A stretch of 34,042 nucleotides of DNA from an uncultured virus (IMG/VR IMGVR_UViG_3300011587_000017) (lineage: Duplodnaviria > Heunggongvirae > Uroviricota > Caudoviricetes). The stretch's first letter is position 1. Each line of letters starts with the position of its first letter. The notes beneath the pieces were generated by a model. It saw nothing but the letters and a program-made list of their open reading frames with translations. It was not told where the DNA came from and did no database searches. Both the position numbers and the translations under genes were made by a program. Shown piece after piece: positions 25,210 to 34,042 of this stretch. The stretch spans positions 62,001 through 96,042 of the IMG/VR virus record IMGVR_UViG_3300011587_000017; one strand, written 5' to 3'.

Positions 25210-25301
25210 AGATAGCAATCTATAGTTACCCCCGTCAATATCACAAAAGGAATTTTTAGTTACCTTTTTCACTTGACGAGGGGGTAATATGCAGTTACCT
25301 A
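25210..25301. promoter_or_regulatory. Divergent promoters with three operators
   Basis: Leftward TTGACG-N17-CTATCT (25238-25210); rightward TTGACG-N17-TACCTA (25273-25301). Operators at 25215-29, 25249-63, 25284-98. Confidence 0.8.
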
Positions 25302-25364
25302 TTGAGCATCGAAGGCACGAAGAGGTGAAATAATCCAATCTGCCTTTCAATGGAGAACTGCCAA

Positions 25365-25646
25365 ATGTCTAATCCGCAAGACATAACAAGCCCATCGATA
25401 GACGGAGCTCATCGTTACACGTGGGGCATACTTTCAGACGTTGGTGACGTCTTGACCGAACAAAACCATCCAGATCGAGAATTCTTTCAACAACACGTCC
25501 TCAAGCATTTTTCGATCAAGGGGATGGGTACTTACGTCAGCTCTGCACGATACGCAGCAAACCGCGTCATTTCCTCTGTGAAATCAAAGCCTGACGCAGT
25601 GAAAGACAGCGAGCGCTTCCTGAAACTATTGGAACAGTTCGCCTGA
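25365..25646 (+). CDS. Hypothetical protein, first gene of the rightward early operon
   Basis: SD GGAG before ATG 25365. Confidence 0.65.
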   Translation: MSNPQDITSPSIDGAHRYTWGILSDVGDVLTEQNHPDREFFQQHVLKHFSIKGMGTYVSSARYAANRVISSVKSKPDAVKDSERFLKLLEQFA

Positions 25647-25729
25647 TAACCCCGCCCTAACGGGCAATTTCAAAAAACTCACTCATCCAAGCCAGTGGCA
25701 ATCGCTTCTGGCAACAGGAGAACTTTGCC

Positions 25730-26008
25730 GTGAGCAAGCAAATCGAAAAAACTGAAGAGCAAATCGCTAAGGACAAGGAAGCTGTCAAGGCGATGACTGG
25801 CGCAAAAGCCGCCATGGAAGCATCACTCCGCCGTATAACCGTTCTCGAAAACGCGCTGGAGTCTGTGCAACGTCAGTCTGAGACATTGAGCAAAGCTTTT
25901 GGGAAGGATGTCTTTCTCAATGTCTGGCAACGCGGCGGTGACTATAAGCCCGAACGTATCAGCACCCTTTTTGAAAATATCAACAATACAATCAAGGCGG
26001 CGCTGTGA
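25730..26008 (+). CDS. Hypothetical coiled-coil protein
   Basis: SD AGGAG, GTG start. Confidence 0.7.
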   Translation: MSKQIEKTEEQIAKDKEAVKAMTGAKAAMEASLRRITVLENALESVQRQSETLSKAFGKDVFLNVWQRGGDYKPERISTLFENINNTIKAAL

Positions 26009-26280
26009 GCTACGACCATCTCCTCGACTACCTCGGGGATTTGAGAGCTCCAGACGCTCCTGAAATCCCTCCAGGTGGGTCAACCGGCGACGAAAAAGCA
26101 GATGCTCGCCTCTGCGCTTACGCCTTTAAAGCCAAGAGCAACGCCGACCCTATCGCATATCTGAGAAAGAAGGCGGCCGATCTTTATCAGATTGTGACGC
26201 CCGAACCATGGCCGACACTGACGCTTAAGCGTCTAGCCCAATGGTGCTCAGAACATCAAGAAAGCACAAAGCATGACTGA
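26005..26280 (+). CDS. Hypothetical protein
   Basis: GTGA overlap; 91 aa. Confidence 0.6.
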   Translation: MSYDHLLDYLGDLRAPDAPEIPPGGSTGDEKADARLCAYAFKAKSNADPIAYLRKKAADLYQIVTPEPWPTLTLKRLAQWCSEHQESTKHD

Positions 26281-27364
26281 AACCATCTCTAATGATCTTG
26301 TGATTAGCCTTCCCAAGACCATCACAGCCGAACTCTTCACCAACGAATCCGAATTCGACAAGCTTGTGAATAAAATCGAAGCTGCTGTGAAGAACCATGT
26401 AGCGGATGTCACGACCAAAAAGGGCCGTGAAGCCATTGGATCTCTGGCGCGCAAAGTCTCCAGTACGAAGGTTGTGCTCGATAATGCGGGCAAGGATCTG
26501 ACCGAGGGTTGGCGCACGCAGACGAAGTCCGTGAACGATGCACGTAATCGGATCAAGGACAAGCTTGACGCTCTTCGCGACCAGGTACGCCAGCCGCTTA
26601 CAGATTGGGAGAATGCAGAAAAGGCACGACTGGAAGGTCATGAACAGCGCCTGCAGCGTCTCCAGGCGATCGCGAGCACGGGTTTTGGACAGACGACAGC
26701 ACAGTTGAATGCTCTCAAAGACGAACTGACTGCACAAGACATGTCCGCTGACGCATGGGATGAGTTCCACGGCAAGGCGTCCATTATGCACGGTGCCGCC
26801 GTCGATACTATTAGTCGCCTCATAACTGATGCTGAGAAACGTGAAGCCGAAAAGGCAGAACTTGAGGCGCTACGAGCTGAGAAGGAAGAGCGCGACCGTA
26901 TCGATCGGGAGAAGGCGGAATTAGAGCGCCTAGATCGCGAAGCAAAAGAAAACGAGGAGCGCGAGCGGCTGGCCGAAGAAAAGCGGCTGAAGGACATCGC
27001 AGACGCGGAAGCGCGGGCTCGGGAACAAGCCGAGATCGAGGCAAAGGAACGCGCAGAGAAAGCCGAACGTGACGCGAAGGAAGCCATTGAAAAGGCAGAA
27101 CGCGAAAAGCAGGAAGCAATCGAAAAAGCTGAGCGTGAGAAGCAGGAGGCAATCGAAGCATCAGCTCGGGCTGAAGAAGAGCGCAAGCGCAATGAGGAAG
27201 ATGAGCGACGTCTCCGCGAGTCAGACGAAAAAAACCGCAAAGCCATCATTGGGGACGTGCTTGAGGACGTGATTCAAGCCGCTCAGATCTCGCTGGAAAC
27301 TGCGGAAATCATTGTCACTGCTATCGCCACTCAACGCGTCCGTCATACGCAAATCAATTTCTGA
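26273..27364 (+). CDS. Coiled-coil phage protein of the recombination module
   Basis: DVTTKKGREAIGSLARKVSSTKV...DALRDQVRQPLTDWE; E/K/R-rich with AIEKAEREKQE tandem repeats. Confidence 0.8.
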   Translation: MTETISNDLVISLPKTITAELFTNESEFDKLVNKIEAAVKNHVADVTTKKGREAIGSLARKVSSTKVVLDNAGKDLTEGWRTQTKSVNDARNRIKDKLDALRDQVRQPLTDWENAEKARLEGHEQRLQRLQAIASTGFGQTTAQLNALKDELTAQDMSADAWDEFHGKASIMHGAAVDTISRLITDAEKREAEKAELEALRAEKEERDRIDREKAELERLDREAKENEERERLAEEKRLKDIADAEARAREQAEIEAKERAEKAERDAKEAIEKAEREKQEAIEKAEREKQEAIEASARAEEERKRNEEDERRLRESDEKNRKAIIGDVLEDVIQAAQISLETAEIIVTAIATQRVRHTQINF

Positions 27365-27371
27365 GGCTGCG

Positions 27372-28331
27372 ATGTTTGATGCTTCTCCAATTTCACAGGA
27401 ACGCGAATGGGATGGGCTTCCGATAACGGAGCCCGGCCTATACCGCAATGTTCCAATCGAACGCTATCACAGCGATCCGGGCTTGTTTAATGGCGAGTTT
27501 TCCATCTCGTCCACCGGCCTTAAAGCTATCGCCCGGCGCCCGCTCGAATACTGGCGGACGTCTCATTACAACCCGTTTCGTAAAGAGCCGAAATCCACGG
27601 ATGCCTTTGAATTCGGTAAAGCTGCTCACATGCTCGTTCTGGGTGAAGAAGGCTTTACCGAGCGTTACGCACTGCAGCCAGACACTTACATTAACAGCAA
27701 GGGCTTGGAGTCCGCTTGGAATTACAATTCCAACGTATGCCGTGGTTGGCGCGATGAGATGCGTATGTCAGGACGCTCCATCATCACGAATAGCGAAATT
27801 GAAGCAATTCGCGAAATTGCCAATTCGCTGAGACAAAAAACGCTTGTCCAGGAAGGCATTCTGAACGGGCTAATCGAACGCTCTGTTTTCTATAAGATCG
27901 GCTCGATTTGGGTGCGTGTGCGGCCCGACGTCTGGCCAAGATATGGCGGCGATTTTGTCGACTTCAAAACCGCTGCATCGGTTGATGATGAGAGCCTGTC
28001 GAAAGCTCTGTACGAAACAGGCAACTACATCCAGGCCGGTCTGACACGCTGGGTTGTACGTGAGCTTTTCGGAAACGATGCATTTTCGTCTTTCACCTTT
28101 GCCTACGCCGAGAAGTCAGAGCCTTTTGATGTCCGCTTCAAGCAGCTTGACCAAGAGGATCTCGATCTAGGCGAACTCCAGGCCAGGCGTGCATTCGCGC
28201 TTTTAGAGCACTGCATCCAAACCGGTGAATGGCCCGGATACGACGGTCACGACGAGGACGTCACTTGGACGCGCATGAGCGAGTTCAACCGGAAACGAAT
28301 TCGCAAACAGCTGGGGATTTCAGATGAGTGA
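27372..28331 (+). CDS. RecE/exonuclease VIII-like PD-(D/E)XK nuclease (DUF3799-like)
   Basis: ISSTGLK, FGKAAHMLVL, RVRPD, VDFKT, YIQA, GEWPGY. Confidence 0.85.
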   Translation: MFDASPISQEREWDGLPITEPGLYRNVPIERYHSDPGLFNGEFSISSTGLKAIARRPLEYWRTSHYNPFRKEPKSTDAFEFGKAAHMLVLGEEGFTERYALQPDTYINSKGLESAWNYNSNVCRGWRDEMRMSGRSIITNSEIEAIREIANSLRQKTLVQEGILNGLIERSVFYKIGSIWVRVRPDVWPRYGGDFVDFKTAASVDDESLSKALYETGNYIQAGLTRWVVRELFGNDAFSSFTFAYAEKSEPFDVRFKQLDQEDLDLGELQARRAFALLEHCIQTGEWPGYDGHDEDVTWTRMSEFNRKRIRKQLGISDE

Positions 28332-28647
28332 GCACGTAACAGGCGGCCCAGCCTTCCCTTTTCAGTTTGATCAGACCTACGAACAGAACTTTGGGCATGA
28401 GGAAGGAATGACCGTCCGTCAATATGCGGCAATTCATTTGCGCGTACCAGAAAGCGGCGACGACTGGCTCGATCTAATGATCCGCAAGGCGAATTTGCGG
28501 GATACGGCGGTTCAGGCGATGGCGGGAATGCTTGGCGGTGAAACTGAAGACTCGGCGTTCTCCGAGGATGTAGCAGCGGATCGCGCACGGAGAATGGCTG
28601 AAGCAGTCTTGAGAGAAACAGATGAGGATTTCAATGAAATCGTCTGA
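28324..28647 (+). CDS. Conserved phage hypothetical protein
   Basis: TGGPAFP...GMTVRQYAA...LRDTAVQAMAG. Confidence 0.75.
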   Translation: MSEHVTGGPAFPFQFDQTYEQNFGHEEGMTVRQYAAIHLRVPESGDDWLDLMIRKANLRDTAVQAMAGMLGGETEDSAFSEDVAADRARRMAEAVLRETDEDFNEIV

Positions 28648-28834
28648 TTTTTACCAAGGCTCAGCAATCGAAGACCCGATGATTGTGATGCGCATGATCG
28701 CTATGGGCCGAAACATCTTTTGGAAGGGACGCGTCTACTCGAACGCGTTCATGCGCGGGCAGCGCATCCAAACAATCATCTCACATACCGAAAAAGGCGC
28801 GTTCTCTTTCGCGCATGAGAGGAATCCGAAATGA
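28634..28834 (+). CDS. Hypothetical protein
   Basis: SD GAGG; overlaps neighbours. Confidence 0.6.
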   Translation: MKSSDFYQGSAIEDPMIVMRMIAMGRNIFWKGRVYSNAFMRGQRIQTIISHTEKGAFSFAHERNPK

Positions 28835-29943
28835 GCAATAGTATAGCTCTTCACGACGAAACCGGTGTTCAGGCCACTGCGGAGATCCGCGCGCCGCAGT
28901 CCGGTTTGAATAAGGAAAAGTTTGCCGAGTGCATGCAGTGGGCGACCATGCTCGCCAACTCTTCACTGCTTCCTCAAGCACTCACACATGAAAAACCCGG
29001 CAAGGATGAAACCAAGCTCCCGCATGAGCGCGTCGTTGCCAACTGTTTCTACGTCGCGACTATCGCTGATGCTTGGGGAGTGATGCCAACCGCACTCGCA
29101 CAAGGCGTCTCCCTTGTTCACGGCCGTATCTGCTTTGAAGGCAAGATTGTGGCCAGCGCGATCGAAAAGCATCTTGGTTTTGTTCTCAGCCATTATGTCC
29201 AGGGTGATGGCGATGACATGCGGATTTGGATCAGCGACGTTCCATTTACTGACGAGGTAGTTGCACATTTGGTGCCCAATTACCGTCGTACCGACATGCG
29301 TATCATGGATGGCACAGTTAAAGACTGGAAAACCACCGGCAATAACAGCCCATGGCGCCCGAATACTTATGCGAAAATGCTTTTCTATCGCGGCTGTCGT
29401 GAATGGGCCCGTGTCTACGCGCCTGGCCTTATCAGCGGAATCTATACGCCGGACGAGTTCGATGATGCGGTCTCGGATGCTCGTGCCCAACGAGCTCGCG
29501 ACGTCACGCCATTGAAGCCAACTGTTGGCGGCCATCTGCGCCTGCGTCCAGCTGATGACGACGATATCGAAGGGTTCACAGCGGACGGGATCGAGAAAGA
29601 GACGACTGCACTGCGTGACAATGCCGAGAAGGCTGCAGAAGTCAGCGTCCCTGAACTTGATGATGCGGAACGTACGAGCCTCACCCAACTCATCCGACAG
29701 TGTAAGGCTGCAAGCACAAAGTCAGCCGACCAGGCAAAGCTAGATCCGGCTGTCGTGGTCGATATCGCCAAGGGCTTCAACTCCACCGGCAATCTCACAA
29801 CAAAGCTTGCAAGAGACAAGGCTGGCACCATCACACGCTCGTTCAAATCGGTCTGCGAAGGCAAGACAAGCCTGGAAGCCGCAGTTCAATACACCTGCGG
29901 AATCGTCGGCGTCGAACCGGCTTCACTTGATGAGGTGAAATAA
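28831..29943 (+). CDS. RecT/Redbeta-like single-strand annealing protein
   Basis: ANCFYV...GRICFEGKIV...SPWRP...MLFYRGCREWARVYAPGLISGIYTPDE; close to the RecE-like gene. Confidence 0.8.
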   Translation: MSNSIALHDETGVQATAEIRAPQSGLNKEKFAECMQWATMLANSSLLPQALTHEKPGKDETKLPHERVVANCFYVATIADAWGVMPTALAQGVSLVHGRICFEGKIVASAIEKHLGFVLSHYVQGDGDDMRIWISDVPFTDEVVAHLVPNYRRTDMRIMDGTVKDWKTTGNNSPWRPNTYAKMLFYRGCREWARVYAPGLISGIYTPDEFDDAVSDARAQRARDVTPLKPTVGGHLRLRPADDDDIEGFTADGIEKETTALRDNAEKAAEVSVPELDDAERTSLTQLIRQCKAASTKSADQAKLDPAVVVDIAKGFNSTGNLTTKLARDKAGTITRSFKSVCEGKTSLEAAVQYTCGIVGVEPASLDEVK

Positions 29944-30332
29944 TGGCTGCTCGATTCAAAAGCCCTGACACTGCGTTTTCTCTGGCCCCATCAGCGGGCC
30001 AGAAGCAACCGCGTGTAATGGATGATGCCCACCTCAAGTGGATACGCACCCTGCCCTGCATTTTAACCGGCCGGCATCCTGTTGACGCCTGCCACGTCCG
30101 GTACTCCGACCCGAAGTTCTACAAGCGAGAAACCGGACGCGGTGAAAAGCCTGACGACAAATGGGTGGTCCCGATGTGCCGAGATATGCACGACACTCAG
30201 CACTCGATGAACGAACGTGCCTTTTGGGCTCGCCACAAAATCGACCCTGTCGCCGTCGCAGCCGCACTGTTTCTGCATTCTGGAAATGATGCAGCGGCCG
30301 AGACCATCTTCCGAAATGCGAGGAAGCCATGA
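29943..30332 (+). CDS. DUF968 / HNH-like nuclease
   Basis: HLKWIRTLPC...ACHVR...KPDDKWVVPMCRDMHDTQH...ERAFW. Confidence 0.8.
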   Translation: MAARFKSPDTAFSLAPSAGQKQPRVMDDAHLKWIRTLPCILTGRHPVDACHVRYSDPKFYKRETGRGEKPDDKWVVPMCRDMHDTQHSMNERAFWARHKIDPVAVAAALFLHSGNDAAAETIFRNARKP

Positions 30333-31267
30333 CCATCCCAGATGAAGCAGTACAAGCTATGCCAGAGCGCATTTACGCGGTGAAGCAGACGGAAGGCTCA
30401 AACTGCGTTGTCAGCTTCGACACACCAAGCCTTGATTACAATGTTGAATACGTGCGTGCGGATCTTGCCCTTCCTTTCCTGCAAGGGGTGAAGGTGAAGG
30501 GTCTGGAGTGGTCCGCTGCAAAGTTTCCAGAAAGCTATGTGAGCAAAAACAGCTCCATTCAATATTCCATTACATGGGACGATGACGCGGAATGGTCGGA
30601 GCTTCCTAAGCCATACGATCTTTGCCGAGGCGATAGCGATGGTGAGGCTTTGGGTAGCTACGAAACGGCAAACGACGCCAAAGCCGCAGCACAGTCCGAC
30701 TATGAGGCTCGCATCCTGTCCGCGATCGAGGTGTCAGTATGTCAGACTTGCAAAGGTCACGGCATTATCGGCGGCCTGTATCGTGTTGGTGACGGTGATG
30801 TAGATGGATGGGAAGAAGCTTGTCCAGATTGCGCCCCATCCCCGCGCGCGCAGGCGTTGGAGGAAGCGGCGAAGCTTTGCGAGAAGTACGCACAAAGCTA
30901 CCAGAGCGGCTTATGCCATTACGGTTCTATTGATAAGGACGCGGGGCGAGGTCGCCAAGAAGGTCATATCAATGCCGGGAATGAACTTGCCGCAGCAATC
31001 CGCGCCCTCTCGTCTCAGCCTGTAGCGGATGGGTGGCGCTCAATGGATAGTGCTCCAACGAACGGGAAGCACTGCATTCTCTGCATCAAGGATGGTTCGT
31101 TTTACTATTCGGTTCAGGGAGCATTCCAAAACGGCAAGTGGAACTGCGTTTATCGAGACGATGTTCAACCTCTGTGCTGGATGCCAAACGTCAGAGTACC
31201 TGCTCAATTCCTCCCAGCCTCACCGGGAGCGTCGGACACCCACCCGACAGGAGGTAGCGATGACTGA
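30329..31267 (+). CDS. Mosaic hypothetical phage protein
   Basis: Modules AKAAAQSDYEARIL, CxxCxGxG, ALEEAAK, WRSMDSAPTNG. Confidence 0.7.
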   Translation: MTIPDEAVQAMPERIYAVKQTEGSNCVVSFDTPSLDYNVEYVRADLALPFLQGVKVKGLEWSAAKFPESYVSKNSSIQYSITWDDDAEWSELPKPYDLCRGDSDGEALGSYETANDAKAAAQSDYEARILSAIEVSVCQTCKGHGIIGGLYRVGDGDVDGWEEACPDCAPSPRAQALEEAAKLCEKYAQSYQSGLCHYGSIDKDAGRGRQEGHINAGNELAAAIRALSSQPVADGWRSMDSAPTNGKHCILCIKDGSFYYSVQGAFQNGKWNCVYRDDVQPLCWMPNVRVPAQFLPASPGASDTHPTGGSDD

Positions 31268-31988
31268 TCGGATCACACAGAAATATTTGCGCCGTTGGCC
31301 TGACAGTAAGCGCGCAAAGTCATGGGCCGGTCGCTTGGTTCATATCCAGACCGAAAACGGCGTTTGGCGCATCAATGGCAAAGGCTACACATACTCTGGG
31401 AAAGAGGACGCGTGGGTTTTACCGTTCGAGGATGCTCAGAAAGAGGTTGCACATTGTGGGCCAGAAAAGCAGGCCACATTTATCTTAGCCACCCGCCCCG
31501 CCGCGCCGGTCGAGGGGTTGGAGACGGTTGGGCACATGGCTAAAACCCGCGTGGGTTGGGTACCTTCGTTTCACGGTACCGGCCAGCCTGTCGTCACCCG
31601 CTCGCAGGCCGAGGCCATCATTGTGGCGAGGGATGCGGAGATTGAGCGCTGGAAGGACCTGTATGGCAATTCGGCTAATGCCAACAGTGATCTGCACGAC
31701 AAGGCAGCCAGACTCCAAGCCAACAACGCTGCGCTGACTGTGCGGGTTAAGGCACAAGCCGAGCATATCGCGACATTGGATAGCAATCTTGAGGCAATGG
31801 AAAAGCGTGCTCAGGAAGGCGAAACCCAACTCGCGGCGGCAAGGAAGGAGATCGAAGTATACGGACCTTATACGCCTACTTGGTTAGGGCCATGCGTATG
31901 GGCTGGCATCAAGGAAGAGTTACCACCTCAACTGGTAGACAGAGAAGTTTGGATTTCGACGTCAAATCCTAATGAGGTGAAGCAATGA
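31260..31988 (+). CDS. Mosaic hypothetical phage protein
   Basis: SD GGAGGT before ATG 31260; coiled-coil C-terminal half. Confidence 0.7.
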   Translation: MTDRITQKYLRRWPDSKRAKSWAGRLVHIQTENGVWRINGKGYTYSGKEDAWVLPFEDAQKEVAHCGPEKQATFILATRPAAPVEGLETVGHMAKTRVGWVPSFHGTGQPVVTRSQAEAIIVARDAEIERWKDLYGNSANANSDLHDKAARLQANNAALTVRVKAQAEHIATLDSNLEAMEKRAQEGETQLAAARKEIEVYGPYTPTWLGPCVWAGIKEELPPQLVDREVWISTSNPNEVKQ

Positions 31989-32125
31989 AGCTTCCAGACT
32001 TAACCCCGCTATTCTATCTCGCAGGCTTCGGATTGTTCTGTGCTGCTATTTTAATCATCGGCGGTGGCGGCTGGCTTGGTTATCACCTCATTCGTGCAAT
32101 TCTTTTCTATGTAGGTGCTGCATGA
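31985..32125 (+). CDS. Small membrane peptide (46 aa)
   Basis: Manual translation MKLPDLTPLFYLAGFGLFCAAILIIGGGGWLGYHLIRAILFYVGAA; ATGA overlaps on both sides. Confidence 0.65.
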   Translation: MKLPDLTPLFYLAGFGLFCAAILIIGGGGWLGYHLIRAILFYVGAA

Positions 32126-32424
32126 CCCTCATTGACAGACTATCCAAGCTGGACGGGCATCGCCATGGAGTTCGAATTACTCGGGAAAACTGCATGTTCA
32201 ATATTCCCGATCTAAAGCGCTTCAATATTGGCGATGAAGTTATCTGTGATGCATCGGCGGAATGCGACCGCTTCGAAGGCGTGATTATCGGTCTCGAATT
32301 GAGACGGGCTTACGGTTCCGAACGCCTTGAGCCATGTATCACCCTTCTGCATGACGGTTACATCACGGATGGGTTCAAGCCGGGAGACTTGCGCGCAAAG
32401 GAGGCATCGAATGGCAACGATTAA
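32122..32424 (+). CDS. Hypothetical protein
   Basis: 100 aa; overlapping gene chain. Confidence 0.65.
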   Translation: MTLIDRLSKLDGHRHGVRITRENCMFNIPDLKRFNIGDEVICDASAECDRFEGVIIGLELRRAYGSERLEPCITLLHDGYITDGFKPGDLRAKEASNGND

Positions 32425-32617
32425 GCTTGTGAACGTTGATGAGCATGATTTGGCCTATGCGGCCAACTTAGCGGTTCATTTCGTACGTCAATATCCGGAT
32501 CGAATGGGGCTTAGGAACGGCGTGGCATTCACCAAGGACTGCGTTGATTATTCGCTCTACATCTATCGCACCAAAACGCAAATCGTTGTTCGCGGGAGGT
32601 CCAGCCATGGCGAGTAA
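32411..32617 (+). CDS. Hypothetical protein
   Basis: SD GGAGG before ATG 32411. Confidence 0.65.
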   Translation: MATIKLVNVDEHDLAYAANLAVHFVRQYPDRMGLRNGVAFTKDCVDYSLYIYRTKTQIVVRGRSSHGE

Positions 32618-32858
32618 GGAACGCGCCGAACTGATTGAGGAAGTGAAAGAACTTATCTTGGATGGGAATTTGTACAGCAGAACCCTTCAGGAAACGTCAG
32701 AACGCATCCTATCAACCATCCTCGCCGCACTAGGCGATGCGACAGGGGAGATGTGCAAAGCTGGACGAAACGAAACCATTGGCGTCGGTCATATTTACGC
32801 ATCCGACATCTGGCGGGCCATGCTCAACGCCAGCCCACTAGGGGAGCAGAGCGAATGA
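32607..32858 (+). CDS. Hypothetical protein
   Basis: SD GGAGGT; IWRAMLNASP C-terminus. Confidence 0.65.
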   Translation: MASKERAELIEEVKELILDGNLYSRTLQETSERILSTILAALGDATGEMCKAGRNETIGVGHIYASDIWRAMLNASPLGEQSE

Positions 32859-33061
32859 AGCTGACCCGCACCCAACGGTTAATGCTTTCAAATATTGCCG
32901 ACTTCGAAAATGGCAGAGGGCTTAGCTTTAACGCCATTTCGTGGGCCCCGATTAAGAGGCTGATCAAAAAGAGAGCAATAGTCAAAAATGGATCACGAAA
33001 AGGCTTCGTGTTCTACAAAATCACGCCAGAAGGTCGCCAAGCCCTGAAAGGCGGGGAGTGA
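32855..33061 (+). CDS. Small winged-helix-like protein
   Basis: MKLTRTQRLML...YKITPEGRQAL. Confidence 0.65.
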   Translation: MKLTRTQRLMLSNIADFENGRGLSFNAISWAPIKRLIKKRAIVKNGSRKGFVFYKITPEGRQALKGGE

Positions 33062-33066
33062 TGGCC

Positions 33067-33339
33067 CTACCGCGTCGGATACTTCGGAAACTTGGCCATG
33101 CCTTCAACCTCGGCACTCTCGTGGGTCAGGATAATGCCGATGTTCTTACCTCTGCATTCAACGCAGCGAAGCTTTGGAACAAGATCATTGTGCAACGCGC
33201 CATGGTCCTCGCCAAGCTTTTCAGCAAGTGCGGGCAAGTCAAGCGCAACGTTGTGATGACAGCCGTTACAGTAAGCCGTGATCCTGTATCCGTACTTGAT
33301 GCACTCACCAATCGTCCTGTTAGTGCTGATATATGCCAT
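33067..33339 (-). CDS. Zn-ribbon (CxxC...CxxC) hypothetical protein
   Basis: CNGC and CVEC; SD AGGAG; opposite strand to the operon, with its own promoter. Confidence 0.75.
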   Translation of the reverse strand: MAYISTNRTIGECIKYGYRITAYCNGCHHNVALDLPALAEKLGEDHGALHNDLVPKLRCVECRGKNIGIILTHESAEVEGMAKFPKYPTR

Positions 33340-33362
33340 GCCGCTCTCCTGTCAGGCGGCAG

Positions 33363-33391
33363 GTATTACACCGTGAACACAAACAGAACAA
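33363..33391 (-). promoter_or_regulatory. Promoter with an alphaproteobacterial LexA box
   Basis: GTTC-TGTTTGT-GTTC (33375-33389) overlapping TTGTTC-N17-TAATAC. Confidence 0.7.
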
Positions 33392-33468
33392 ATCACAAAT
33401 TTCGAGGCGGACGACTATCATCCAAAGACTAATCGATTGCGCTGTATATTTTTGGAGGCGTTGGATAA

Positions 33469-33780
33469 ATGACCAAAAAACGAGCGCATACCCAACGATT
33501 TCGGTCGGTCGCTGAAGGATACGAAACCACCTCCGGCAAGAGACGCATACCCTTAACACTCGATACCGACTTGCTGGCGAGAATAAATGAAATAGCTAAG
33601 GCGAACGATCGGTCGGTTTCATCGACAATCGCGGACATGATCCGGAGCCAATTCGAAAGCCGTGACACGGCAGCGCTTCAACTTACACCACAAGAAATTC
33701 AGTTGCTCAGATCTCATCGCGCAATCTTTGGACATGCCAGAGAGCGAGCGTCTACTGATAGGAGAGAAAGCCATGAATAG
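33469..33780 (+). CDS. Arc/ribbon-helix-helix protein
   Basis: [36 protein letters not shown]. Confidence 0.7.
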   Translation: MTKKRAHTQRFRSVAEGYETTSGKRRIPLTLDTDLLARINEIAKANDRSVSSTIADMIRSQFESRDTAALQLTPQEIQLLRSHRAIFGHARERASTDRRESHE

Positions 33781-34042
33781 CGAAACAGCACATACCAACA
33801 GCATCCTTTCAACGTCTCAGTTACACCTGCGCCCACGGCTGCGGAGAAAAGACGTCCCGGAATATCTGTTGACCGTTCACGGGATTGATATCGCTTACTC
33901 GACACTTGGAAAGCTCGCCAGCATTGGCGGCGGGCCAGCCATGCAATACAGCGGACGCATTCCGCTTTACCATAAAAAGGATCTGGATGCCTGGGCGAGC
34001 GAACGGCTTTCAGAATCCGTCAGATCGACTTCTGACAAGTGA
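33773..34042 (+). CDS. Excisionase-like HTH protein
   Basis: [10 protein letters not shown]...[34 protein letters not shown]; last gene of the early operon in the window. Confidence 0.75.
   Translation: MNSETAHTNSILSTSQLHLRPRLRRKDVPEYLLTVHGIDIAYSTLGKLASIGGGPAMQYSGRIPLYHKKDLDAWASERLSESVRSTSDK

Larger units (their letters stand above)
1..34042. mobile_element. Temperate lambda-like prophage/phage (partial)
   Basis: Portal/terminase, cI/cro switch, replication, recombination and xis-like genes. An internal cos implies an integrated or circular form. Confidence 0.95.

Noticed and set aside
23378..25298. GTAA-N7-TTAC as a CtrA or LexA site
   Set aside because: CtrA (TTAA-N7-TTAA) and alpha LexA (GTTC-N7-GTTC) differ. 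This site is a palindrome clustered around cI/cro, which fits a phage operator.
24726..25350. Minus-strand ORFs 24726-24938 and 25090-25350
   Set aside because: No convincing SD or protein features; the second runs across the promoters and operators.
27080..27160. 33-nt tandem repeat
   Set aside because: Encodes the coiled-coil repeat AIEKAEREKQE with synonymous differences; an ordinary coding repeat.
26638..27249. 203-aa antisense ORF
   Set aside because: Ser/Arg-rich mirror of the E/K/A-rich coiled-coil gene.

Overview
The window holds about 34 kb of a temperate lambda-like (cos-type) phage or prophage. The host is probably a Rhizobiales alphaproteobacterium, inferred from promoter, SOS-box and initiator-tRNA style. 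Left to right: (1) a leftward packaging operon with a partial portal, TerL, TerS and a gpZ-like gene; (2) a leftward cluster of three tRNAs (Thr-TGT, Gly-TCC, fMet-CAT) interleaved with three non-tRNA structured RNAs; (3) a lambda-like cos site near 6.15 kb and a 450-bp stretch of odd composition; (4) a rightward accessory early operon at 6.7-13.95 kb (DUF1640, beta-clamp-like, DUF3560, amino-MTase, RHH, HTH, DUF853 ATPase) that carries a repressor operator and whose genes are repeatedly preceded by a conserved two-hairpin motif; (5) a moron with a ~185-nt rod-like hairpin upstream; (6) a leftward replication/methylation operon (cro, MTases, RuvC-like, RecD-like, DnaB, late-regulator candidate) with no recognisable initiator or primase; (7) cI and a membrane protein gene; (8) a ~470-bp structured non-coding region with an operator-covered promoter and an AT-rich end (candidate origin); (9) a rightward recombination operon (RecE/RecT-like, DUF968) ending in an excisionase-like gene. 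All family calls are from motif recognition by eye; no database searches were run.
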